Below are positions 1 through 8,415 of a DNA stretch of 41,240 nucleotides, piece after piece. The stretch is from an uncultured Enterobacteriaceae bacterium (GTDB lineage Bacteria; Pseudomonadota; Gammaproteobacteria; Burkholderiales; SG8-39). The position numbers and the translations under genes are program-made. The notes under the pieces are model-generated. The model was not told where the DNA came from. It ran no database searches and saw only the letters and a list, made by a program, of their open reading frames with translations. Within the stretch, counting starts at the first letter, position 1; every line of letters begins with the position of its first letter. The DNA lies in the NCBI GenBank assembly GCA_964582155.1, contig CAZOSA010000003.1, forward strand, positions 1 through 41,240, written 5' to 3'.

Positions 1-1325
1 AACAGAAAGCCGACGCCATCGGCCTGTCCGGCCTGTTCACGCCGTCGCTCGAGGAAATGACGCACGTGGCCAAGGAAATGGAGCGCGAGGGCTTCACGCT
101 GCCGCTGCTCATCGGCGGCGCCACCACCTCGCGAGCGCACACCGCGGTGAAAATCGCTCCCGCCTATTCGGGCCCGGTGGTGTACGTGCCCGACGCGTCG
201 CGCTCGGTCACCGTGACGCAAAGCCTGCTGTCGGCAGAGGCGCGCGATGCCTACGTTGCCGGGGTACGCGCCGACTACGAGAAGATCCGGCGCCAGCATG
301 CGGAAAAGAAGGGGCAGGGGCCGCTCCTGCCGATCGCGCGCGCGCGCGAACTAGGCCACGCAACGGACTGGAAAACCTACCGGCCGCCGCAGCCCGTGAA
401 GCTGGGCGTGACCGCGCTAAGGAACTACCCGCTGGAAAAACTTGTGCCCTGCATGGACTGGGGGCCTTTCTTCCAGACCTGGGAGCTGTCCGGACCCTAT
501 CCGGCGATCCTGGAAGACCCGGTGGTCGGCGTGGAAGCAACGAAGCTCCTGGCGGACGCGCAGGCTTTCCTGAAGAAGATGATCAAAGGCCGCTGGGTGC
601 GCGCGAGCGGCGTGTTCGGGCTGTTCCCGGCCTCGCGGGTGGGGGACGATATCGAGATCTATGGCGATGCCGGGCGCCGTGAACCGCTGATGACCTGGCA
701 CAACCTGCGCCAGCAGAACCAGAAGCCCGCCGGCCGCGCCAACCAGTGCCTCGCCGATTACGTCGCGCCCAAGGACTCCGGCGTGCGCGACTGGATCGGC
801 GCGTTTGCCGTGACGGCGGGCATCGGCATCGAGAGGAAGCTCGCCGAGTTCGAGCGCGCCCACGACGACTACTCGGCGATCATGCTCAAGGCGCTGGCCG
901 ACCGCCTGGCGGAGGCCTTCGCCGAGCATCTGCACCAGCGCGTGCGCCGCGAGTACTGGGGCTACGCGCCGGACGAGGCGCTCAGCGGCGAGGATCTGAT
1001 CGCCGAGAAGTACCGCGGCATCCGCCCCGCGCCCGGCTATCCGGCGTGCCCGGACCATACCGAGAAAGGCACGCTGTTCGCCCTGCTCGACGCGGAGCGC
1101 AACGCCGACATGCGACTCACCGAGTCCTACGCCATGCTGCCGACGGCTGCCGTGTCGGGCTTTTACCTGTCGCATCCCGACGCGAGCTACTTCGCGGTCG
1201 GCAAGATCGGGCCGGACCAGCTCGAGGACTACGCACGGCGCAAGCAGATGAGCGTGGCCGAGGCGGAGAAATGGCTTGCGCCCTGGCTCGCCTACGATCC
1301 CGACGCACGCGTCAAGGCGGCGTAG
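1..1325 (+). CDS. metH: B12-dependent methionine synthase, 5'-truncated by the window (end of B12-binding domain plus SAM-binding reactivation domain)
   Basis: Frame is open from base 3 (ADAIGLSGLFTPSLEEM). Contains PLLIGGATTSRAHTAVKIAP, YRGIRPAPGYPACPDHTEK and LTESYAMLPTAAVSGFYLSHP. Stop TAG at 1323-1325. Confidence 0.97.
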   Translation, partial: QKADAIGLSGLFTPSLEEMTHVAKEMEREGFTLPLLIGGATTSRAHTAVKIAPAYSGPVVYVPDASRSVTVTQSLLSAEARDAYVAGVRADYEKIRRQHAEKKGQGPLLPIARARELGHATDWKTYRPPQPVKLGVTALRNYPLEKLVPCMDWGPFFQTWELSGPYPAILEDPVVGVEATKLLADAQAFLKKMIKGRWVRASGVFGLFPASRVGDDIEIYGDAGRREPLMTWHNLRQQNQKPAGRANQCLADYVAPKDSGVRDWIGAFAVTAGIGIERKLAEFERAHDDYSAIMLKALADRLAEAFAEHLHQRVRREYWGYAPDEALSGEDLIAEKYRGIRPAPGYPACPDHTEKGTLFALLDAERNADMRLTESYAMLPTAAVSGFYLSHPDASYFAVGKIGPDQLEDYARRKQMSVAEAEKWLAPWLAYDPDARVKAA

Positions 1326-1326
1326 C

Positions 1327-1355
1327 TATAATGCGGCGCGACCTGCAACCGGAGG
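1327..1355 (+). promoter_or_regulatory. Candidate -10 element (TATAAT) and SD for the THX gene
   Basis: Perfect TATAAT at 1327-1332 just after the metH stop; GGAGG at 1351-1355; no good -35. Confidence 0.5.
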
Positions 1356-1361
1356 CATGAC

Positions 1362-1502
1362 ATGGGTAGAGGCGACAAGAGAACGCGGCGCGGCAAGATC
1401 TACAAGGCGAGTTACGGCAAGAAGCGCCCGCACCGCGTGAAGAAGAAAAAAAGCGCGCCTGTCCCGGCGACGGTTCGCTCAGCGGGCCGGCAATCACCCT
1501 GA
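1362..1502 (+). CDS. 30S ribosomal protein THX (bS31 / PSRP4-like), 46 aa
   Basis: Hand-translated, not in the ORF track: MGRGDKRTRRGKIYKASYGKKRPHRVKKKKSAPVPATVRSAGRQSP*. Matches the THX pattern MG(K/R)GDxxTRRGKIxxx(S/T)YGKxRP. SD GGAGG at 1351-1355. Confidence 0.9.
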   Translation: MGRGDKRTRRGKIYKASYGKKRPHRVKKKKSAPVPATVRSAGRQSP

Positions 1503-1514
1503 CCGGGCCGCGGT

Positions 1515-2969
1515 TCACTTGCGCCAGAAGTCGGGCGTCAGCACCACCAGCAGCGTGAACAGCTCCAGGCGCCCGAGCAGCATGGCAAACGAGCATACCC
1601 AGGTCTGGAAATCGTTCAACACCGAGTAATTCGAGGCGGGGCCGATCTGCGCCAGGCCGGGGCCGGTGTTGTTCATCGAAACCACGGCCGCGGAGAACGC
1701 CGTGACCACGTCCGCGCCGCTCACCGTCAACAGCAGCGTGACGACGACTATGCAGGCGACGTAGACGAATGCGTAGGCGAGCACCGCGAACACCACATTG
1801 TTCTCGACGGGTTTGCCAGCGAGTTTGACCGGGTTGTAGACGCGCGGGTGGATGATGCGCAGCAGTTCGCGGAACACCTGCTTGAACAGGATCTGCGCGC
1901 GGACCATCTTGATGCCGCTGCCGGTCGAGCCCGAGCAGCTGGCGAAGCTGCACAGGAACAGCATCCATAGCGGCGCGAAGATCGGCCACTGGTTGAAATC
2001 GGTGTTGGCGTAGCCGGTGGTGGTGGCGACCGACACCACGTTGAACGCCGCGTAGCGCAGCGCCTTGCCGAAGTCCGGGTACACGCCCGCCCAGACCAGG
2101 TAGACGGCGATCCCCAGCACCGAGCCCGCGATCACCGCCAGGAACACCTTGGCCTCGGGGTCGACGCGGTAGGCACGCAGCGAGCGCCGGTGCCAGGCGA
2201 GGAAGTGGGTGGCGAAGTTGATCGCCGCGATCAACATGAAGACGATGGCCACCGCCTCGATCCGCGGTGAATTCCAGTAGGCGTAGCTTTGGTCGTGGGT
2301 GGAGAAGCCGCCCAGTCCCAGCGTGGTGAAGGCGTGCATGGTGGCGTCCAGCCAGTCCATGCCCGCCCAGCGGTAGGCGAGCCCGCAGGCGAGGGTGAGG
2401 CCGAAGTACACCAGCCAGAGGCCCTTGGCGGTCTCGGCGATGCGCGGCGTGAGTTTGGTGTCCTTCATGGGCGTGGGCGTCTCGGCCTTGAACAGCTGCG
2501 AGCCGCCGACCCCCAGCAGCGGCATGATCGCCACCGCGAGCACGATCACGCCCATGCCTCCCAGCCAGATCATGAAGCCGCGCCAGATGTTGAGCGAGGG
2601 CGGCAGCTGGTCGAGGCCCGAGAGCACCGTGGCGCCGCTCGCGGTAAGGCCGGACACGGCTTCGAAGTAGGCGTCGGTGAACGATAGCCCGGGAAGCTGC
2701 ATCAGCAGGGGCAGCGTGGCGAACGCTGGCAGCACCGTCCACACTAGCGCCACCAGGAGAAAGCCGTCGCGCACCTGTAATTCACGGCCCGCCCGCCGCG
2801 TTAGCCACCACAGCGCGACGCCGCAGGAGAACGTAATGCCGATGGCCTGCGCGTACGCCGCGTGCACCCCGTCGCCCAACCCCAGGGAAAAGGCAAGCGG
2901 CAGCAGCATGCAGCCGGCGAACAGCATCAGCACCATGGAAAGCAGGTGCAGGACGGCGTACAGGCGCAC
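1515..2969 (-). CDS. trkH: Trk potassium uptake permease
   Basis: Multi-pass hydrophobic protein with TrkH pore motifs FEAVSGLTASGAT, TTLGLGGFS, TTTGY, GSTGSGIK, NNTGPG and MLLGRLE. GTG start. Confidence 0.96.
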   Translation of the reverse strand: MRLYAVLHLLSMVLMLFAGCMLLPLAFSLGLGDGVHAAYAQAIGITFSCGVALWWLTRRAGRELQVRDGFLLVALVWTVLPAFATLPLLMQLPGLSFTDAYFEAVSGLTASGATVLSGLDQLPPSLNIWRGFMIWLGGMGVIVLAVAIMPLLGVGGSQLFKAETPTPMKDTKLTPRIAETAKGLWLVYFGLTLACGLAYRWAGMDWLDATMHAFTTLGLGGFSTHDQSYAYWNSPRIEAVAIVFMLIAAINFATHFLAWHRRSLRAYRVDPEAKVFLAVIAGSVLGIAVYLVWAGVYPDFGKALRYAAFNVVSVATTTGYANTDFNQWPIFAPLWMLFLCSFASCSGSTGSGIKMVRAQILFKQVFRELLRIIHPRVYNPVKLAGKPVENNVVFAVLAYAFVYVACIVVVTLLLTVSGADVVTAFSAAVVSMNNTGPGLAQIGPASNYSVLNDFQTWVCSFAMLLGRLELFTLLVVLTPDFWRK

Positions 2970-2981
2970 GGCGGCTGCGGA

Positions 2982-4355
2982 CTAGAGGAAGCGCGCGCCG
3001 ACCTGGAACAGCTTCTCGACCCGCGGCAGCGTCTTTTTGTCGGTGACAAAGACGATGACGTGATCCTCGGCTTCGATGCGCGTGTCGTGGTGCGCCATCA
3101 GCACACGCTCGCCGCGCACCACGGCGCCGATGGTGGCGCCGGCCGGAAGCTCGATTTCGCCGACCAGGCGGCCGGTGAGGCGGCAGGAGTCACGGTCGCC
3201 GTGCACCACGGCTTCCAGCGCTTCCGCGGCGCCGCGGCGCAGGCTGTGCACCGCCACCACGTCCCCGCGGCGCACGTGCGCCAGGAGCTTGCCGATGGTC
3301 GCCTGCGCCGGCGAGATGGCGATATCGATCTGCCCGCTCTGCAGCAGATCGACGTAGCTGCGCCGGTTGATGAGCGCCACCACGCGCCGTGCGCCCATCC
3401 TCTTGGCGAGCAACGAGCTCATGATGTTGTTCTCGTCGTCATTGGTCACTGCGACGAACAGGTCCATTTCGGCGATGTTCTCCTGCTCGAGAAGCTCCTC
3501 GTCGGTGGCGTCGCCGTTGAGCACCAGCGCGCGCTGCAGCTTCGCCGCCAGCAGCTCGCAGCGACGCTTGTTGTGCTCGACAAGGCGCACGGAGTAATCC
3601 GCCTCGAGAGCACGCGCCAGGCGCAGGCCGATGTTGCCGCCGCCTGCGATCATCACGCGCTTCACCGGCTGGTCCATGCGCCGCAGCTCGTGCATCACCT
3701 TGCGGATGTCCTGCGCCGCGGCCAGGCAGAACACCTCGTCGCCGGCCTCGATCACCGTGTCGCCGTCGGGCAGGATGGCGCGGTCGTGCCGGAAGATGGC
3801 GACGATGCGCGTGTAGATGTTGGGGATGTGCGCGCGGATCTCCTTCACCGGCCGGCCGACCATCGGCCCGCCCTGGTAGGCGCGCACCGCCACCAGGCTC
3901 ACCTTGCCATCGGCGAAGTCCAGCACCTGCAGCGCCTCGGGAAACTCGACCAGCTTGACGATGTAATCGGTGAGCACCTGCTCGGGGCAAATCGACAGGT
4001 CGACGTCGAAGCCGTCCGGCCCGAGCACCATCTTGTTGTCCAGAAAAGCGTTGGCGCGGATGCGCGCCACGCGCCGCGGCACGTTGAACATGCGCGCGGC
4101 GAGTTTGCAGGCCACGAGGTTGGTTTCGTCGGACTGCGTCACCGCGATGAGCAGGTCGGCATCCTCGATGCCAGCCTCTACCAGTACCGAAGGGTGCGAA
4201 GCGCTGCCGTTGACGGTGCGCAGATCGAGCCGGTCCTGCAGTGCCCGCAGGCGCCCGGCCTCCACGTCGACCACCGTGATGTCGTTGTGCTCGGAGACCA
4301 GGCTTTCGGCGACCGAGCTGCCCACCTGCCCGGCCCCGAGGATCACGATCTTCAC
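2982..4355 (-). CDS. trkA: Trk system NAD-binding (RCK) subunit
   Basis: MKIVILGAGQVG and a second Rossmann motif IAGGGNIG; 457 aa. GTG start with SD AAGGAG at 4371-4366. Confidence 0.97.
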   Translation of the reverse strand: MKIVILGAGQVGSSVAESLVSEHNDITVVDVEAGRLRALQDRLDLRTVNGSASHPSVLVEAGIEDADLLIAVTQSDETNLVACKLAARMFNVPRRVARIRANAFLDNKMVLGPDGFDVDLSICPEQVLTDYIVKLVEFPEALQVLDFADGKVSLVAVRAYQGGPMVGRPVKEIRAHIPNIYTRIVAIFRHDRAILPDGDTVIEAGDEVFCLAAAQDIRKVMHELRRMDQPVKRVMIAGGGNIGLRLARALEADYSVRLVEHNKRRCELLAAKLQRALVLNGDATDEELLEQENIAEMDLFVAVTNDDENNIMSSLLAKRMGARRVVALINRRSYVDLLQSGQIDIAISPAQATIGKLLAHVRRGDVVAVHSLRRGAAEALEAVVHGDRDSCRLTGRLVGEIELPAGATIGAVVRGERVLMAHHDTRIEAEDHVIVFVTDKKTLPRVEKLFQVGARFL

Positions 4356-4398
4356 GCCGAGGATGCTCCTTGCGCAAAGCGCGGCATTCTATTCCCTT

Positions 4399-5646
4399 TC
4401 ACCCTTCGTCGCGCCGGCCGAGCGGCAGCCCCAGCGCCTTCAGCTTGCGGTACAGGTGCGTGCGTTCCAGGCCGCTGCGCTCCGCCACGCGCGACATGCT
4501 GCCATTCTCCGCTTTGAGCAGGTTCTCGAAGTACACCCGTTCGAAGGTATCGCGCGCCTCGCGGTAGGGCCGGTCGAGCGCCAGGTCAGGCACCGAGGCA
4601 TCGCCCCCCTGCGCCGAGAGCACGCGCTCGACGTCCTCCACGCACACCTCCTCGTCGAGCGAGGTGATGGCGACGTTCTTTACCGCGTGCTCCAGCTCGG
4701 CGAGGTTGCCCGGCCAGCGGTGCAGGCGCAGAGCGTTCAGCGCGCCTACCGAAAAGCGCCGCGGCGGGCAGGCGCGCGCTTCCACCAAGTGCGCCAGCAT
4801 CTGCGCGGCCAGGTCGGGTACGTCCTCGGCGAACTCGCGCAGCGGCGGCAGCCGCAGCGTCAGCTCGCTCAGGCGCGCCACCAGGGCGGCGTCGTAGCCG
4901 CAGCGCTCCACCAGTGCCTTAGCGTCCAGCGGCGAGAACGACACGATGCGCGTCTTGTGCTTGTCGGCACGCGTCTGCAGGAACTCGAGGTTTTTCTGCT
5001 CGCCGCGCGAGAGCCGCGCCAGGTCGGGCAGGAACAGGATGCCGCCGCCGGCGCGCGCGAGCAGCTCGCTCGAGGCGTCAGCCAGCAGTCCGGCGCCGGC
5101 AAGGAACGGCGCGCCCGGCGCCGCGAGCTGGCGCGCGAACAGTTCGGGCAGCATGCCCTGCTCGCCGCGCAGCATGAGCGGCGCCGCAGTCTGCGCGAGC
5201 TGCGCCAGGCGCTTGCGCAACTCGGCGAGCGATGCCGAGCGTCCCAGCATCGCCATCGATACTTGGCGCGGCGCGGAGAGCTCGTGGTTGCGCAGCGCGC
5301 GCTTGACCGTCGCCAGCAGCCGCTGCAGGGCGATCGGCTTCTCCAGGTAATCGAGCGCACCGATGCGCGTGGCCTCGACCGCGGTCTCGATGGTGCCGTG
5401 GCCGGACATCATCACCACGGGCATGGTGAGCTGTCCGCTGCCGGCCCATTCCTTGAGCAGGGTGATGCCGTCGGTATCCGGCATCCAGATGTCGAGCAAC
5501 ACCAGGTCAGGACGATTCGCTTCGCGCAGCCGGCGCGCGGCGCCGGCACAATCGGCGAGCATCACGCTATGGCCCTCGTCAGAGAGGATTTCCAGGAGAA
5601 GTTCGCGGATGCCGATCTCGTCGTCGACGACCAGGATTTGCGCCAT
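4399..5646 (-). CDS. ntrX: NtrX-like response regulator (receiver, degenerate AAA+ region, Fis-type HTH)
   Basis: Start reassigned to ATG 5646 (MAQILVVDDE). Receiver motifs LLDIWMP and MSGHGTIETAVEA; C-terminal GLERTHLYRKLK; follows an NtrY-like kinase. Confidence 0.85.
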   Translation of the reverse strand: MAQILVVDDEIGIRELLLEILSDEGHSVMLADCAGAARRLREANRPDLVLLDIWMPDTDGITLLKEWAGSGQLTMPVVMMSGHGTIETAVEATRIGALDYLEKPIALQRLLATVKRALRNHELSAPRQVSMAMLGRSASLAELRKRLAQLAQTAAPLMLRGEQGMLPELFARQLAAPGAPFLAGAGLLADASSELLARAGGGILFLPDLARLSRGEQKNLEFLQTRADKHKTRIVSFSPLDAKALVERCGYDAALVARLSELTLRLPPLREFAEDVPDLAAQMLAHLVEARACPPRRFSVGALNALRLHRWPGNLAELEHAVKNVAITSLDEEVCVEDVERVLSAQGGDASVPDLALDRPYREARDTFERVYFENLLKAENGSMSRVAERSGLERTHLYRKLKALGLPLGRRDEG

Positions 5647-5653
5647 GGCGCGC

Positions 5654-7777
5654 TCAGGCCGCTTCCGCGAGCGGCAGCAGCACACTCACAGAAGCGCCGC
5701 GCTCGGGGCGGTTCTCGATGGCAATGCTGCCGCGGTGCTCGTCTACTATCTTCTTGACGATGGCCAGCCCCAGCCCGGTGCCGCGCGGCTTGGTGGTGAC
5801 GTAGGGCTCGAAGATGCGTGTCATCAGCGCCTCGGGAAAGCCGTCGCCGTTGTCGCTCACCGAGAGCCGCACCTTGTCGCCGGCCAGCTCGGTGCACACT
5901 TCGATCGCCGGCAGCAGGCGCGGCTCCTTGCGGTTCTCCAGCGCATCCTGGGCGTTCTGTACCAGGTTATGAATGACCTGGCGGATCTGCGCAGTATCGG
6001 CCCACACGGGCGGCAGGGCTGGCGCCAGCCGCGCGGCAATCGGCACGCGCGAGGTTTCATAGAGCGTCAGCACGTCCGTAACCAGCGTGTTCAGGTCGAA
6101 CCCCGCGGGCACCGGCGCCGGCAGCCGCGCGTAGTCTCCGAAATCGTCCACCATGGATTTCAGCGCCGTGACTTGGTTGACGATGGTCTGCGTGCTGCGC
6201 TTCAGCACCTCGGCGTCCTCCAGATCGAGGCGGCCCTCGAGCTTCATCTCCAGGCGCTCGGCAGAAAGCTGGATCGGCGTGAGCGGGTTCTTAATCTCGT
6301 GGGCGAGCCGCCGGGCGACCTCGGCCCAGGCGGTGGCGCGCTGCGCCTGGATCAGCTGCGTGATGTCGTCAAATACCAGCACATAGCCGCCGCCGGTCGC
6401 CTCGGGCAGCGCCGCGCCGCGCGCCAGCAGCGTCTTACCGGTGCCCCTGAGATTGATCTCCAGTTGCCATGTCCTGGCGGCGTGCTCCATGAACTGCCCG
6501 CGCACCGCCGCGGCGAATGCCTCCAGCGTGGCGCTCCACGCGGCGAGCGGCCTGCCGGCTTGGGCTTCCAGCTCGCGGCCAAGGATTTCGGCAGCGCCGC
6601 GGTTGGAAATCGAAAGCCGCAACTCACGGTCAAACACCAGTACCCCCGCCGACAGGTTGGCAAGGATGTTTTCCAGCGAGGCGTTGGCGGTCTCCAGCGC
6701 GGTGCGGTTGCTTTCCACCACGTGGCGCGCCTCGTCGAGCTGTCGCGTCATCGAATTGAACGATTCCGTGAGCACGCCGAGCTCGTCGCGGCTGGTGACG
6801 GGCGGGCGCTGCGAGAAGTCGCCGCGCGCCACCGCCTGCGTGGCCTGCGCCAGGTTGGCGAGCGGCGCCGACAGGCGTGCGGAAAGGATTGCCGCCAGAG
6901 AAACAGCGACAAACAACGCCATCAGCAGCGCCAGCGTCAGCGTGACGACATAGATGCGCCTCAGACCCTGGCGCGACAGGGCGAGTTCGCGGTAGTCGCG
7001 GTAGGCAGCCTCGACCGCCTCCGCACTGCGCGCCAGGCCCGCCGGCACCGTTTGGCGCAGCTGCAGAAAGCGCGCCTCGTCGGCGATCGCCAGCCCGGTC
7101 ACATGCAGCACCACGCGCAATGCCAGGGGTTTGCCTTGCACCGCGTCGATCCAGCTGTAGCCCTGCGGCGAGCGCGCCTGGCGCAGCATCTGCGCCGTCG
7201 GCAGCTCCGGCACGAACCTGGTCACCTCCTCCGATGCGCTCGCCAACAGATTGCCGTTCGAACCGACCAGCACCGCTTCCTGGATGCCCGCCTGCTCGCG
7301 CAGCCGGTTGAGCAAGATGACCTGCTGGCTCCTCGGGCGTTCCGCGAGTTCCAGCGCCATAGCACGCCCTTTGACCTGCATCTCGGCGAGCATGCGATCG
7401 ATTGCCGACTGGCCAAGGCTGATGCCGCCTTCGAGTGCCGCGTCCACCTTGACGTCGAACCAGGACTCGATGCTCTTGGTGAGGAACTGAACCGACACCG
7501 TGTACACCAGCACCCCCGGTACCACCGCTATCATGGCGAACAACACCAGGAATCGCAGCGTAAGGCGCGAGCCGAACGCGCGCTGGCGATAGCGGCGCAC
7601 TACCGCGGCCAACTGGTAGGCGACCAATGCGGCGAGCGCCCCGGCGAGCGCCGCGTTCAGGCCGAGCAGCAGCGGATAGTGGCGGGCCAGCATGGTGGAA
7701 TCGGCGGCGCTGGCCGTGGCCAGCAGGAACAGCAGCACGCCGGCAAGCGCCGCGCCGACGATCAGCAGGGTTCTCAT
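5654..7777 (-). CDS. ntrY: NtrY-like membrane sensor histidine kinase (HAMP-PAS-HisKA-HATPase)
   Basis: Start reassigned to ATG 7777, which overlaps the upstream TGA. Contains SIESWFD, HAMP RDELGVLTESFNSMT, H-box WAEVARRLAHEIKNPLTPIQLSAERL and FEPYVTTKPRGTGLGL. Confidence 0.88.
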   Translation of the reverse strand: MRTLLIVGAALAGVLLFLLATASAADSTMLARHYPLLLGLNAALAGALAALVAYQLAAVVRRYRQRAFGSRLTLRFLVLFAMIAVVPGVLVYTVSVQFLTKSIESWFDVKVDAALEGGISLGQSAIDRMLAEMQVKGRAMALELAERPRSQQVILLNRLREQAGIQEAVLVGSNGNLLASASEEVTRFVPELPTAQMLRQARSPQGYSWIDAVQGKPLALRVVLHVTGLAIADEARFLQLRQTVPAGLARSAEAVEAAYRDYRELALSRQGLRRIYVVTLTLALLMALFVAVSLAAILSARLSAPLANLAQATQAVARGDFSQRPPVTSRDELGVLTESFNSMTRQLDEARHVVESNRTALETANASLENILANLSAGVLVFDRELRLSISNRGAAEILGRELEAQAGRPLAAWSATLEAFAAAVRGQFMEHAARTWQLEINLRGTGKTLLARGAALPEATGGGYVLVFDDITQLIQAQRATAWAEVARRLAHEIKNPLTPIQLSAERLEMKLEGRLDLEDAEVLKRSTQTIVNQVTALKSMVDDFGDYARLPAPVPAGFDLNTLVTDVLTLYETSRVPIAARLAPALPPVWADTAQIRQVIHNLVQNAQDALENRKEPRLLPAIEVCTELAGDKVRLSVSDNGDGFPEALMTRIFEPYVTTKPRGTGLGLAIVKKIVDEHRGSIAIENRPERGASVSVLLPLAEAA

Positions 7778-8415
7778 CGCGAGTTTCCTTTCTGCGCCTC
7801 GCGCGCGTCCGCGGGCGCGGGCACGGGCGGCGGCCGCGGCGGCCGCGGCGGTTGGAAGATGAAGCGCTTCCACGACGATTCCAGGCGCAGCTCGCGGTTG
7901 GTAAGCGCGCTGACCTGCAGCGGCCTGGGCAGCTGCGCGGTGTCCAGGCGCATGCGCACCGCCACCTCGTAGGACGAACCGCGCAACGCCACCGAGCGTT
8001 CGAGCACCTGCCAGTTGCGCAGCCGGCGCATCACGTCGAGCGCCTCTTCGAGCGTGGTGAAATTCTGATGCAGCGGACCCGTGGACAACCGGTACTGCCG
8101 CGAAAGCGCGTGGTAGGAAAGCCGCAGCTGCGTAAACCGTGTCGCGGTGTTCTCGTCCCACCAATACCAGCGCGGGCGCGTCAGCTCGAACTCGACGACG
8201 AAATATAGCGGCACGCCGTTGGTTACCGCCTCGCTCAGCCGGGCGTTGAACTCGAATGCAAAATCGGCGCTGAGCAGCAATCCTTCCTCGGAAGCGGCAA
8301 GGCGCGCGTCAATGATCTCGATGTCGTCGGCGCGCGCGTGCAGCGACCCGGCGCAGGCGAGGGCGACGAAGAATCTGGCGCAGGTGGCGCTGACTCGCAT
8401 CGCGCGCCGCGTCAC
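7774..8415 (-). CDS. DUF4390-family exported protein
   Basis: Signal-peptide-like N-terminus, GVPLYFVVEFELTRPRWYWWDE, LSYHALSRQY and LPRPLQVSAL; usual position between rsmB and ntrY. Start is GTG 8415 (overlapping rsmB TGA) or ATG 8400. Confidence 0.85.
   Translation of the reverse strand: MTRRAMRVSATCARFFVALACAGSLHARADDIEIIDARLAASEEGLLLSADFAFEFNARLSEAVTNGVPLYFVVEFELTRPRWYWWDENTATRFTQLRLSYHALSRQYRLSTGPLHQNFTTLEEALDVMRRLRNWQVLERSVALRGSSYEVAVRMRLDTAQLPRPLQVSALTNRELRLESSWKRFIFQPPRPPRPPPVPAPADAREAQKGNSR

Noticed and set aside
20-60. MetH motif reads SGLFTPS rather than the usual SGLITPS
   Set aside because: It is a single conservative change at the window edge and cannot support a functional claim.
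5363-7972. 869-aa plus-strand ORF, and similar long ORFs at 2862-4517, 3970-5757, 14966-16414, 25300-27390 and 29889-31367
   Set aside because: They are antisense shadows of well-supported genes, expected in high-GC DNA where stop codons are scarce, and show no recognisable motifs.
7778-8164. 129-aa N-terminal extension of NtrY in the ORF track
   Set aside because: It overlaps the DUF4390 gene in another frame; ATG 7777 is coupled to the upstream stop and precedes the first TM segment.
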